Position numbers and translations under genes: made by a program
The notes under the pieces: generated by a model
Told to the model about the DNA's origin: nothing
The model's database searches: none
The model's input: the letters and a program-made list of their open reading frames with translations, nothing else
Shown here: positions 31,970 to 42,056 of the stretch, one piece after another
Position numbering within the stretch: the first letter of the stretch is position 1
How the letters are laid out: each line of letters starts with the position of its first letter
Assembly: GCA_963833985.1 (NCBI GenBank)
Contig: CAWIAD010000002.1
Location: forward strand, 5,120,001-5,184,000
Origin: an uncultured Planctomycetaceae bacterium
Lineage (GTDB): Bacteria > Planctomycetota > Planctomycetia > Isosphaerales > Isosphaeraceae
Direction: 5' to 3'
DNA length: 64,000 nucleotides

Positions 31970-33545
31970 TCACGGCACTCTCAGAATTTCATAGATTGAT
32001 ACGGACGATGTCGCCGAGACGCTTCTCCAGGTCTCATGGACACGCCGTGGACGTTCGCGAACGAATCGCTCGAGAGGACTGGCGGGGGCATTACGGTAGC
32101 GCTCGCTGTCGATCAGCAAGTACGCCACATGATAACGATCGATGGCGGCCTCAATGTCGTCCGCAGAAGCGTCCGCGTCACCGGGCCGTTCCGCGGATGA
32201 AATCTTCGAGCGCTTGACGACCGGTGGCCAGGAAGACTTCCCCTGGATGGCGCGTCAGGATCGGGCCTGAGCGATCGCCATGTTCCGCAAGCCAAACACA
32301 CGCCGCATCGAACCCCTGGTTCCTTGCATCACGCCCGCGCCGCGCTTGAGTGGCCAGAGAATAGCCGGTATAGGGAAGCGTGATCGCCAGGATCATCGCC
32401 GCGGCCATCGGCCGGATCAGTCGCCCTGGCAAGTGCAGGTCCAGGAAGCGCAGGACCGACCGAAACAACCACGAAATCCCATCAACGGTTCCGATCAGCA
32501 GACCGGGAATGAGCGGGATCAGGAAGCGGCCGGCTTCGGTGTATGGCCAGACCAAGAGCAGGGCCAGGGAGCCAAGGCAGACCAGCCCGGCCAGCCGCCG
32601 ATGCGGCCACCTCTGGGCCGCGAGCCATCCGGCAATCACAATGCCTGAGAATCCCAGGGCCCACAGGTTCGCCAGGCACTGCCAGACCGCTCCGCGACCA
32701 AGCTCTGTGGCAAGCTCCACGACCGGACCGGTGAACTGATCGGGTATTCGCTGGAGGTAAAACAGAGCCTGACCGACGGCACGTCCGGGAAGACCCACAC
32801 CGGCAGCGAAGAGCAAGCTCGCCTGAGTACTCTGCCGGGCTCCTGCCGCGACCATCCAGACGAGCCATGGAGTGATCAGAAGCAAGGACAGCAGCGCGGA
32901 GCCAAGGGCCATACGCCATCGCCTGCGCAAACAGAGATCCAGGAGGATGGCCAGAATCAAGGTCAGTGCAACATGCCGCGTGAGCAGACAGGCCGCCAGC
33001 AAGCCGCCAAGCGACAGAAGCTGTCTCACGCCGTGACGATGGACCGCACGCACCGACGTCAGGATCGCCAGCTGGCAGAGCAACATGTAAAGCGGCTCCG
33101 ACAGAATCGCGGAGCCGGCACGGGTCCACACAGCGTTCAGCGCAAGGGCCAGCCCGAGCAGCAAGGCGACTCCGGGCCGATAGAGACTGCGGAACCAATG
33201 CCAGGCCGCCAGTGTGGCGCCCAAGGTGCAAGCGGCTGATACCAGGTGCGCCGCGAGATTCGATGGTCCTGTCACTCGCCAGACGATGGCGAGCAATAGC
33301 GGATAGCCGGGTGGGAAATGAGCGTGAGCGGGCCGCTCAGGGTGATCGATGGCGCGATAGCCTGTCCCGCCGGCCAGTGACCTGGCAAGCACGGCGTAGC
33401 CCGCCCCGTCATAGCGTGGAGAGGAGCTGAAGTCTCCCTGGGCGAGCATTCCCGCGATCACGGTCGTGGTGATGAGCCCCCTGGCAATACTCGGCTTGCA
33501 AAGACGACGTAGCAGTACCTCACTCCCGGCCAGCGACGCTCTCAC
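31970..33545 (-). CDS. GT-C (GT39/ArnT-like) membrane glycosyltransferase (frameshift ~32205)
   Basis: PRYDGAGY, HFPPGYPLLL, LSEPLY, multiple TMs, RFLIPL; after the shift it continues IDRYHVAYLLIDSERY to TGA at 31970. Confidence 0.75.
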
Positions 33546-34888
33546 GGGCAGGAGCTCCGGCTCATCGTGTTTGCTTTTCCTTCGCCCTGTTGCTTGATCG
33601 TCATGATCACGGTCTTGGCAACGAGCTCATGCCCGGCCCGGCTGAGATGGACGTGGTCATGGACGAAGTAAGGATTCGGATCTGGTTTGCCGGCTTCCAC
33701 GAAGGCACGGTCGGTATCGGCCAGGCCGGCGTGTCGGTCGGCGGCGGCTGCGCGACAGGCCTGAGCCATCTCTTCGATGGCGCCCCACCGCGCCGACGAG
33801 GGGTTGGCAGTGATCAGCAGCACGTCGGCCTTGCCTCGGGTCGCACTCCGAACGCGGTCAATCGCATCGCAGCAGACGCGTCGGAATTCCTCACCACGCA
33901 TCCCGGCATCCCAGTCGTTGCCGCCAAAGAAGATCGTGACCAGATCGGGATCGGGGGCTCGTGCAATCCAGCGCGGAATCAAGATCACGTTCTGGCGCAG
34001 CTGCGTGCCGCCAATCTCCGGGTTGACGATGGACACCTCCGATTGGTATGTGTCCTTCAAACTCTGCTTCACAAGATCGATCCAGCAGACCTCGCGGTTG
34101 GCCCGGTGCCGCTTGTCTGTCAGGGAGTCTCCCATGGTGATCATCGTCACTGGCTTGCCGGCAATGAGCTTGGCCAGCACTCTGGCGAGCGGGGGCCCGG
34201 AGGGAACTCGGTCGGTGGTATCGCGGTCGACCTTTGGCTCCAGCCTGACCTCGTCGATGTCGAAGCAGACCGGCGGATAGTCGCCCCAGTACCACCACCG
34301 GCCGATCATGATGGCGGAGAGCTTCGACGGCGGGTTGCCGCCGGGGGTGCCCAACGGCTTCGACCTGAGCCCGGGGAGGACCGGAATCAGGTCTTGCCAG
34401 GCGACCGAGAACCTGGACCACTCTCCGTTCCGGACCGGAAAGCACACATCGTAGCGCACCGAATAATCATCATCGTAGATGAACTGGAAGCCGCAGAACC
34501 CATCGCAATCCACTCCGCGAACCCAGAAGGAAAAGCCCTCGGCAATGTCCCACTCCGGCCTGCCGCGGATGTTGCTGGCGAAGAACGCGCTCTGCGCATC
34601 GGCCTCGAAACGAAACCGGACCGCCTTGCCAACCTGTCCGTTCACCAGCCGGGCCGAAGCTTTTTCTTTCGGAGACACAAACCGCAAGTCATCCATGGAG
34701 GCGATCAAGTTCGACTCCTGAGCCTTGATCGGCGGCATCGCGAACGAGATCGAGATCAGGAGCAACCAGAAAAGGCTGGTCTGGAACACGATACCTCCAG
34801 AGAGACTCACGCCAGTGTGCGAGGGTCCGCGTTTCCGAGCCCAGGTACTGACCGCGGCGCAGATCAATTGTACGATAGTCTTCCGCAC
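33542..34888 (-). CDS. Secreted SGNH/GDSL esterase with N-terminal galactose-binding-like domain
   Basis: GDSLT, FGGND, DHVHL catalytic blocks; EGFSFWVRG N-domain. Confidence 0.8.
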   Translation of the reverse strand: MRKTIVQLICAAVSTWARKRGPSHTGVSLSGGIVFQTSLFWLLLISISFAMPPIKAQESNLIASMDDLRFVSPKEKASARLVNGQVGKAVRFRFEADAQSAFFASNIRGRPEWDIAEGFSFWVRGVDCDGFCGFQFIYDDDYSVRYDVCFPVRNGEWSRFSVAWQDLIPVLPGLRSKPLGTPGGNPPSKLSAIMIGRWWYWGDYPPVCFDIDEVRLEPKVDRDTTDRVPSGPPLARVLAKLIAGKPVTMITMGDSLTDKRHRANREVCWIDLVKQSLKDTYQSEVSIVNPEIGGTQLRQNVILIPRWIARAPDPDLVTIFFGGNDWDAGMRGEEFRRVCCDAIDRVRSATRGKADVLLITANPSSARWGAIEEMAQACRAAAADRHAGLADTDRAFVEAGKPDPNPYFVHDHVHLSRAGHELVAKTVIMTIKQQGEGKANTMSRSSCP

Positions 34889-35101
34889 CCTTCACTTGAG
34901 CAAAATGCCAGATGCCCGATGAACGCGCCGGGCACGGGGGTGAACGCATCTCGCCGGCCCGCCCGCGGTCCGCGCGTACACCCGATTGAAAGATGACCGG
35001 TTGCCATGCGCCGGTCAACAAGGCTCGAAAACCATGGACCCAAAAGCAGTCTTCCGGGCAGTATTCTTCGGTAGCGGCCTGATCCGGCACTGGAGCACGG
35101 C

Positions 35102-36893
35102 ATGAGGACAAGCAACAAGCCATTGGTATCCCGGGACATCGAGCAGCTTTTTCGACACGGGATCGCGGCCTCGCGGGACGCCTCCCCGGTTGACCCGCGT
35201 ACCGCGAACCGTGGCGAGCTGGCCTTCGAGGCTCTGGTGGCACGCCACGGACCGATGGTTCGCGGCGTTTGCCGGCGTTTACTGTTGAGCTCTCATGATG
35301 CGGATGACGCCTTCCAGACGACATTCCTTGTCCTGGCTCGCAAGGCCAATCAGGTTCGCCATCCCGACCGGCTCGGTCCATGGCTCTATGGCGTGGCGCA
35401 GGGTGGCCACCAAGGCCCGCAACCGCGCCGCCCGCTATCGCCACGAGCCGCCGGTCGAGGTTTACGATCGAGAGCCAAGCCGGGTCGAGTGGCTTGATGT
35501 GATGCCGATCGTCGATGCCGAACTCCGGCGGCTGCCGGCCAAGCACCGCGAGGTGCTTACCCTTTGCCTCATCAACGGAGCCACGGCCGAAGAGGCGGCC
35601 GCGCAACTTGGCTGTCCGGTCGGGACGGTCAAGAGCCGGCTCGCGCGCGGCCGGGACGTCCTGCGTGAGCGACTGATGGCCCGGGGCGTTGCTCCTGCCG
35701 TCGCACTGATGGCCGTTGCGTCCGGCGAAGCGTTCGCGTTCCCCGTTCCTGAAGCACTTGCCCGGGCGACCGTGGAACTGATGGTCTGTCGCTCGACGAC
35801 ACCAGGGTTCATCGCTTTACTTCAAGGAGTTATACCGCCCATGGTTCCAAGATCCTTCGTGTATTCGGGATTGATTCTCGGAGGCCTTGCCCTTGCCGGA
35901 GCGGGTACGGCGGTCTGGCTGAGCCCCTCCAGCGCCCAAGAGCCTCTGAGCGCGGGCGAGGCCGCGAGGCCGGTCCCTCCCCGGGGAGGAGCCAGAGATG
36001 CCAAGATCATGCATATGAAGCAGATCTTGCTGGCTTTTCACAACTGGCACTCGACGAACGGCAAGTTCCCTCCGGCGGCCAATTATGGTTCGGACGGCAA
36101 ACCCAAGCTGAGCTGGCGGGTGGCTCTGCTTCCGTACCTGGACAGCAACGACCTGTTCAATAAGTTTCACCTGAATGAGCCCTGGGACAGCCCGCACAAC
36201 AAGGCATTGATCGCTTACATGCCCGAAGTGTTCCAGACGCCCGACTTGCCGCCTGTTGCGCCGGGTTACACCAGAATTCGCGGATTTGCCGGCAAGGGCG
36301 CGATGTTCGAGGAACCAGGTGGTACCGACCTCTCACAGGTCACGGACGGAACCTCGAACACCCTGCTCATCACAGTGGCCAATGACGCAGTTCCCTGGAC
36401 GCAACCGGCCGAACTCGCATTCGCCGAGTACCAGCCCTTGCTGCCGGCACTGGATCATAGCGACCCGCACGGTTACACGCTCGGCATGACGGACGGGTCA
36501 GTCCGGTCTCTATCGACGATGAGCGAACCGTTCCTGCGCTCCCTCATCACCCGCAACGGCGGCGAGGTGATCCAGTGGCCGCAGGAGGACAACCGAGGTG
36601 CACCGACCACCGTTCAACCCTTACCAGGCTTCTCTCCGACCCCGGCGCCTACTCCACCTCCGACTCCCACGCTCGCGCTCGCCCCGGGGCAGGTGGTGCG
36701 TCACGCAGTCACTGTCGCCTCAACTCCGGTCATCGGCTCGCCTCCTCAACCTGTGAGCGGCGTGACCTATGTCGTCGGGCCCGGCTCGCTTCAGGATATT
36801 GACCAGCGGCTCCGCAAAGTGGAGGACAAGCTCGAGGTCATCCTCCAGAAGCTCAACCGGCTGGTTCCCGAAAACACTCCACTAGCGCGCTAA
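35102..36893 (+). CDS. ECF sigma factor fused to a TM segment and DUF1559 domain (frameshift ~35398)
   Basis: AFEALVARHGPMV, DADDAFQ, LGCPVGTVKSRLARGR; then KQILLAFHNWH...LSWRVALLPYL...DGTSNT...MTDGSV. Confidence 0.85.
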
Positions 36894-36969
36894 CCCACCG
36901 CGACCCGGAGAGCAGAGCCGTAACGGCTCGCTTCTCGAATCCAGCTCCGGACAATTCAATCCGCGCCCG

Positions 36970-37013
36970 AGGGCGCCGCCACCTTCTGCCAGGGTGTCGG
37001 CGCCCTTTCTTAT
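36970..37013 (+). terminator. Intrinsic terminator after the ECF-DUF1559 gene
   Basis: AGGGCGCCG...CGGCGCCCT stem with inner CACCTT/AGGGTG, followed by TTCTTAT. Confidence 0.55.
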
Positions 37014-37410
37014 GTTACACAGGCGCAATTTGGGCGCGATTGTTCCGAAGCCTTGGGTTTCTTCGCTGTCGGCCCTCTCCCGAGCATGCGCACGCAGGAT
37101 GTTTTGTGCCATACGTCCCAAGTATCTCTGATCTGCAATTCTCTTTTAGAAGTGCCCCGCTCGTCTCGTAGACTGAGACTAGACCATCGAGGCGCGCTGT
37201 CCAGGGCGCCTTGAGAACTCCCGAGGAGCCGGGAGAGCCATCCACACCGTTCTCCGGGCCGCGCGGTCCATGGAAACCGCTGCGCACCGCGCTGGCCGCG
37301 GAGTGACAGCGCGCGGTGTGGAATCCAGTACGGTCCAGGCTGCGTCAGGTCTTGCGCTGCATGGCAGACACTGTGCCCACAAATCCCGATTCGAGAGAGG
37401 AGGCCGTAAG

Positions 37411-37941
37411 TTGTCTCGCGCAGTTTTGATCTTCTCGATGCTTTGCGCTGTCTCGACCGCGAGCGCGCAGTCCCCGCCAGTAATCGTTTACCCGGCAGGC
37501 ACGTATTCGATCACCACCACGGGGCCCACGACAATCACCTACACAGCCACCAGTGTCACGCTGTCCTGGGCGGTGGCGCCGGGCCCAGTCCCGCCGACGC
37601 CGGTCCCTCCCGCACCGGCTCCCACGCCGGTACTTTCCGGCCATGTCTGGGCACTGGCGATCTATGACCCCGCTGTCGCATTGCCCACCGCGCAGCAAGC
37701 GGCCCTCACCAGCCCCACGCTGAAGGCCGCGGCACTCTTGCAGGACGTGGACATCCAGCCCTTCAAGAGCAATGACCCGAGCGTTGCGAGCTGGCTGCCA
37801 CACTTGCCCAAGAGCGGTTTGCCGGCCCTGCTGTTCGTCCAGAGAACAGCGGCGGGAACCGGTGAGCTTGCCCACGCGGTTGCGCTGCCCGCTTCCGAAG
37901 CCGATATCCTTTCCCTGGTGAACAAGGTGAGGGGCAAGTGA
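37411..37941 (+). CDS. Secreted Pro/Thr-linker hypothetical protein
   Basis: AGGAGG SD 7 nt before TTG; signal peptide ending ASA|Q; PVPPTPVPPAPAPTP linker; C-domain with GLPALLFV. Confidence 0.75.
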   Translation: MSRAVLIFSMLCAVSTASAQSPPVIVYPAGTYSITTTGPTTITYTATSVTLSWAVAPGPVPPTPVPPAPAPTPVLSGHVWALAIYDPAVALPTAQQAALTSPTLKAAALLQDVDIQPFKSNDPSVASWLPHLPKSGLPALLFVQRTAAGTGELAHAVALPASEADILSLVNKVRGK

Positions 37942-38903
37942 TGTACACCGCCTCGACGGTTCGCCGCTGGCTGCCATTCAAAGAGCAATTCGTCCACTTC
38001 ACTCCGCGCTGCCGGATGCCCGCCCGGCGACCGATGGCCCGGCTCTTCGCGGCGACCATGCCGCCGGTCACGCTGCCGGTGGACTGGACAAAGAACAACA
38101 CCCTGTCGTTCCCTTACGACGGTAACGACCAGTACGGCGACTGCATGTATGCCGCGGCCTGCCATCAAGACAACAGCATGACCGGCATGGTAGGCACGGA
38201 ATCGGTCTTCGACACGAAGGCCATCATCAAGGCGTATCTGGCGCTCAGCGGGGGCGACAACGGGCTTGATGAGGAGATGATCGTCGGCGAGTGGAAGAAG
38301 GGGCTGGCCGGCGTAGCGGCAGCCAACATCTTCGATTCGGTGGACATCGACCCGACCGACGCGAACTTGATGCAGGCAGCCCTCTACCTGTTCGGCGGTG
38401 TGCAATTTCAGCTCAGCGTGCCGGACAGGTGGATCAACAACTTCAAAACCGGTGCCGTCTGGGACGCACCCGCGCTTCCCAACCCGATGAACGGCCACGG
38501 CATCACATTCTGCGGTGTCGACTCGAACGGTAACTACAAGCTCCTGACATGGGGCACTTACGGCTGGATCACGCCCGCCGGTGTGGCGCACTGCGATCCG
38601 TCCGCGTTCGCCGTGGCCAGTTTGCGGTGGTTCAATGCACAGGGCTACGCCCCCAACGGCATGCACTACACGCAGCTCGCCCCCCTCTGGGTGCAACTTG
38701 GCGGAGCTGCCTGGCCGGCGTCTCCATTCCCTGCGCCAGCGCCCACGCCAACACCGGTTCCCACGCCAACACCGGTTCCCACGCCAACACCCATTCCCCC
38801 CTTGCCCGGCCCTGTGCCTGACCCCGTGACCGTACAGTTCGCCGGATGGAACGTGACTCTTTCGGCTTCTCTCATCGATCCCCCGCCCGTGGCGGGAAAC
38901 TGA
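37938..38903 (+). CDS. Papain-like (C1-related) cysteine peptidase/amidase with Pro/Thr tail
   Basis: LPVDW, GNDQYGDCMYAA (Cys), NGHGITFCG (His), YKLLTWG; GTGA overlap with the upstream gene. Confidence 0.65.
   Translation: MMYTASTVRRWLPFKEQFVHFTPRCRMPARRPMARLFAATMPPVTLPVDWTKNNTLSFPYDGNDQYGDCMYAAACHQDNSMTGMVGTESVFDTKAIIKAYLALSGGDNGLDEEMIVGEWKKGLAGVAAANIFDSVDIDPTDANLMQAALYLFGGVQFQLSVPDRWINNFKTGAVWDAPALPNPMNGHGITFCGVDSNGNYKLLTWGTYGWITPAGVAHCDPSAFAVASLRWFNAQGYAPNGMHYTQLAPLWVQLGGAAWPASPFPAPAPTPTPVPTPTPVPTPTPIPPLPGPVPDPVTVQFAGWNVTLSASLIDPPPVAGN
38742..38795 (+). repeat. 18-bp coding tandem repeat x3 (PTPTPV)
   Basis: CCCACGCCAACACCGGTT x2 plus a variant. Confidence 0.9.
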
Positions 38904-38910
38904 GGACACC

Positions 38911-39180
38911 ATGACAACAGGATTCACTCCCGCGGTTCAGTCGTACTCCGTCGTCCCCAATACTGATGGGACGATCGATATGGTCGTGAAGCTTGGACCG
39001 GCCTCCGTTAACGCGCAGGGCATCAACTGGTCCGGCCTGCTTCAGCTCCTGGTGACCTACGGTCCCAGCATGATGTCCGCGCTGTCGGCGCTGCTGGCGA
39101 TTTTCGCCAGTCCCTCGCCGGCTCCAGCTCCCACACCTGTCCCGGCCCCGACCCCGAGCCCGACAACCACCATTCATTGA
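38911..39180 (+). CDS. Small protein with amphipathic/hydrophobic helix and Pro/Thr tail
   Basis: GAGGA SD; INWSGLLQLLVTYGPSMMSALSALLAIFA; PSPAPAPTPVPAPTPSP. Confidence 0.65.
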   Translation: MTTGFTPAVQSYSVVPNTDGTIDMVVKLGPASVNAQGINWSGLLQLLVTYGPSMMSALSALLAIFASPSPAPAPTPVPAPTPSPTTTIH

Positions 39181-39188
39181 GGACCATC

Positions 39189-39371
39189 GTGAAAGCGACA
39201 CACATTTCCTATGCGGCCCTGCTCGCCGCTCTTGGCCAGTTGCTGATTGCGGCAAGCGCAGCTGATGAGAAGGCAGTGGCCGCGTCGATCACCGCAGTGA
39301 TCCTGGCGTTCTTGCCCGCGATCTGGCCAACGCCGACTAGCGGCTCCGACGTCCCAAGCTCTCCGGCTTGA
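39189..39371 (+). CDS. Small 2-TM holin-like protein
   Basis: GAGGA SD before GTG; two hydrophobic helices separated by ADEK; 60 aa. Confidence 0.55.
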   Translation: MKATHISYAALLAALGQLLIAASAADEKAVAASITAVILAFLPAIWPTPTSGSDVPSSPA

Positions 39372-39490
39372 GAACCCGTGGCCAGTGGCCGGGACATTCG
39401 ATGCCGGCGCGGCTCGGTCTGCCGCCCCGGGCTTCCGGTCACTGGCCTGGCTAGACCCGTAACTCTATCTCCATCTGGCAGTTCACGCCC

Positions 39491-39733
39491 ATGAGCACAT
39501 TTACCTTGCGCCTCGTCACTGCCGTGGTCCTGTTCGTTTTCAGTATCACGCTGTGCGCTTATGATTACTGGATGAGCTGGGCCAACAATGACGCCACAAT
39601 TTCCAAGCTGCTCCTGTGGATTGGGGCCCACGCACCTGTCACGTCGATGGTGTTCTGCTTCTGGGCCGGCATCCTGGTGGGGCATCTCTTCCTGCCTCAG
39701 ATTTCTCTGGACCAGAAGCCGGCGCGAGACTGA
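39491..39733 (+). CDS. Small 2-TM membrane protein
   Basis: 80 aa, two TMs, ATIS...P...F..G.L.GHLF.PQ pattern. Confidence 0.6.
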   Translation: MSTFTLRLVTAVVLFVFSITLCAYDYWMSWANNDATISKLLLWIGAHAPVTSMVFCFWAGILVGHLFLPQISLDQKPARD

Positions 39734-39865
39734 AGCAGTGCGAATCCTCGGCCCCGAAGCCATCGCACGGACAGCAACGTCCGAGTGCGGCAGTTCGCGG
39801 CCGCACTCGTCCCATGGCGGTGGCGACAAGGCTTGGCCACCGCGAGGTGAGCCCGTCCGCTTCCT

Positions 39866-40897
39866 TCAGGAGGCCACCGAGATCGCCGGGAATTCCAGAC
39901 GTGCCAGCGGCAGCCGAGCGTGGTACCCGGCGTCTCTCGGCTTTGCGGCCGGGCCGCGCGAAGCAGCGACCTGCGTGCTTGCCGGTGCGGCGGCGTTCTC
40001 TTGATGTGCTTCGGCCACCCGGTGGCGGCGCCGCTCGGAATGCCTCGTCCGCGACGAACTTGCGATGGGGGTCAACGGAGACGAGGCGGTGAGCTTGCTG
40101 ACAGCGCGAAGCTCGATCTTGCGCACCCATTCCCGGGTCACTCCCACGCGACGGCCAATTTCCTTGAGCGTCAGCGGCGGTTCGTCGAGCAGGCCGAATC
40201 GGAGTGAGACGATCAAGCGCTCACGCTCATCGAGGCGGTCCAGCCGGCGCAGGACCTCCGTCCGGTCGTCGTTGAGCTCCAGTGCGATCTCCGGCGTCTG
40301 AACGCTGGTTGTCGACTCATCGGGAGACCACACCGTGTCCTCGTCTCCCATGTTGCTTTCCAGCTTGAGTTGACTGGCCCGCCGCGCCTTGGCCACCAAC
40401 ATCTTCTGGTTCTCGGTCAGGCCGAGATGAGCCGCGATCTCGTCAAAGGTGGGTGCCCCACCGCGTTCCCGACTGAGCTGTCGTTCCGCCCTGCGCCACC
40501 TGGTGAGCAAACCGAACATGTGGGCAGGTAGACGGATCGTGCTGGATGTGTTGATCAGCGCGTGGCGGATCGCTTGCTTGATCCAGTAACTGGCATAAGT
40601 GCTGAAGCGCGTCCCGAAGCGAGGGTCGTACTCTTCAGCCGCCCGGATGAGCCCCAGGTTCCCCTCGCCGATCAGATCATCCATGACCATTCCTCGTCCG
40701 AGATAATCGCGGGCGATCTTCACCACCAATCTCAGATTCGCCTCGATCATCCGGGCTCGAGCATCGCTGTCCCCGCGTGCGATGGCGTTCGCCAGATCGC
40801 GTTCATCGTCCGCCGACAGCAAGGACACCTGGTTGATATCGCGAAAATAGGTTTGTAGCTCGTTCGGGACACCGTATCCCTTCGTCGTGTTGTTCAT
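39866..40897 (-). CDS. Alternative sigma-70 factor (RpoD/RpoS-like, no region 1.1)
   Basis: LQTYFRDI, MIEANLRLVVKIAR, DLIGEGNLGLIRA, RFSTYASYWIKQAI, TLKEIG...TREWVRKIE. Confidence 0.93.
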   Translation of the reverse strand: MNNTTKGYGVPNELQTYFRDINQVSLLSADDERDLANAIARGDSDARARMIEANLRLVVKIARDYLGRGMVMDDLIGEGNLGLIRAAEEYDPRFGTRFSTYASYWIKQAIRHALINTSSTIRLPAHMFGLLTRWRRAERQLSRERGGAPTFDEIAAHLGLTENQKMLVAKARRASQLKLESNMGDEDTVWSPDESTTSVQTPEIALELNDDRTEVLRRLDRLDERERLIVSLRFGLLDEPPLTLKEIGRRVGVTREWVRKIELRAVSKLTASSPLTPIASSSRTRHSERRRHRVAEAHQENAAAPASTQVAASRGPAAKPRDAGYHARLPLARLEFPAISVAS

Positions 40898-41462
40898 CGA
40901 GGTGCTCCCTGATTCCAGTTGCTTCCGATCGAGGCTCTCACTCACGCCGCGGCCGTATCAGAGCTTCCCTTCACGCACCGTGCTGGGGTTGACCCATCCG
41001 GATTCCTTGGATGCACCCACGTTCGCGACAGCCGAGCGATCCTGCGGGCTGTCTGCGTGCTTCCTGCCATGGAAGCGAGCGTCATCCTCACTCAGTTGCA
41101 AATCAGCCCGAAATCCGGCAAGGAAAAGCGGATTTTTTTAGCGTGACCTCGGCCCTCGGGTTTTCTGGGCTCACCTGGGAGGACACTGCCGAGTCGTGAC
41201 CGCGTGTCCTGATTCCGAGCAATGGGCCAGTACTTTACAAAGGAAATCAAATTGAAACTCTTGACGTGCCGCGTCGCCTGACGACTATGAATCTGTCCGG
41301 CGATGATGTTTAATTAATGGCGGGCCCCGGTTTCGAAATGAGTATGTGCAAGGCCGGAGTGCGGCCGCTCGGAGTGCCTCGCGGTAGGCTGATCGACCCG
41401 ACGATACCGCCACCGAAGGCAAGCCGACACGCATCGACCCGTTCCGAGAGGGGGAGGCGCCG

Positions 41463-42056
41463 ATGCCCGAAGAGCCCGACATTGACGATCTGCTCACGCG
41501 AGCCCGAACGGGCGATGAACAGGCCATTCGCGAGTTCCTGGCACGGTTCGAGCCCGAAGTGCGGATCATGGTCCGAGGCCGCCTGCCGCGCATGCTCCGC
41601 GCGCAGTTTGATTCCATGGACTTCGTGCAGGCGGTGTGGAAGAGTTTCTTCGTCGACCTGCGCGACAGTCCGCGCCGGTTCGACAACATCCAGCATCTGC
41701 GGAAGTTCCTCTCAGGGGTGGCCCGCAACAAGGTGTTCCAGGAGCATCGCCGGCTGACGCGCACCAAGAAGCGCGCGCTTTCGCAGCAGCAGAGTTTCCA
41801 TCTCCACCGCGGGTCGCGCGAGGCGGAGCAGGAACCGGTCTCGCCGGATCCGACCCCCAGCATGGCGCTCCAGGCCAGTGAACGGCTCGCGCAACTTGTG
41901 GCGGGATGCAAGCCGCTGGAAATTCAGGTCATCACGCTCAGGCATCAGGAGCTGACTTTCGACGAGATTGCCAGGCGGACCGGGCTCAGCGAACGCGCGG
42001 TCCGCAGGATCATCGATCTGGCACGTGAGCGGATGGAGGCCAGGGGATGGCGTTGA
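41463..42056 (+). CDS. ECF sigma factor (kinase-associated type)
   Basis: ARTGDEQAI, FDSMDFVQAVWKSFF, TFDEIARRTGLSERAVRR; overlaps the downstream kinase gene. Confidence 0.88.
   Translation: MPEEPDIDDLLTRARTGDEQAIREFLARFEPEVRIMVRGRLPRMLRAQFDSMDFVQAVWKSFFVDLRDSPRRFDNIQHLRKFLSGVARNKVFQEHRRLTRTKKRALSQQQSFHLHRGSREAEQEPVSPDPTPSMALQASERLAQLVAGCKPLEIQVITLRHQELTFDEIARRTGLSERAVRRIIDLARERMEARGWR

Noticed and set aside
37662..38927. Minus-strand ORF with CWRGNR repeats resembling a Cys-rich peptide precursor
   Set aside because: Reverse complement of the PTPTPV repeat in the + strand gene, which has coupling signals and catalytic motifs
36894..39865. Intact prophage or integrative element
   Set aside because: No integrase, structural genes, tRNA target or att repeats visible
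41231..41295. sigma70 promoter TTGACG...TATGAA upstream of the ECF gene
   Set aside because: 19-bp spacing and a weak -10; not supportable without TSS data
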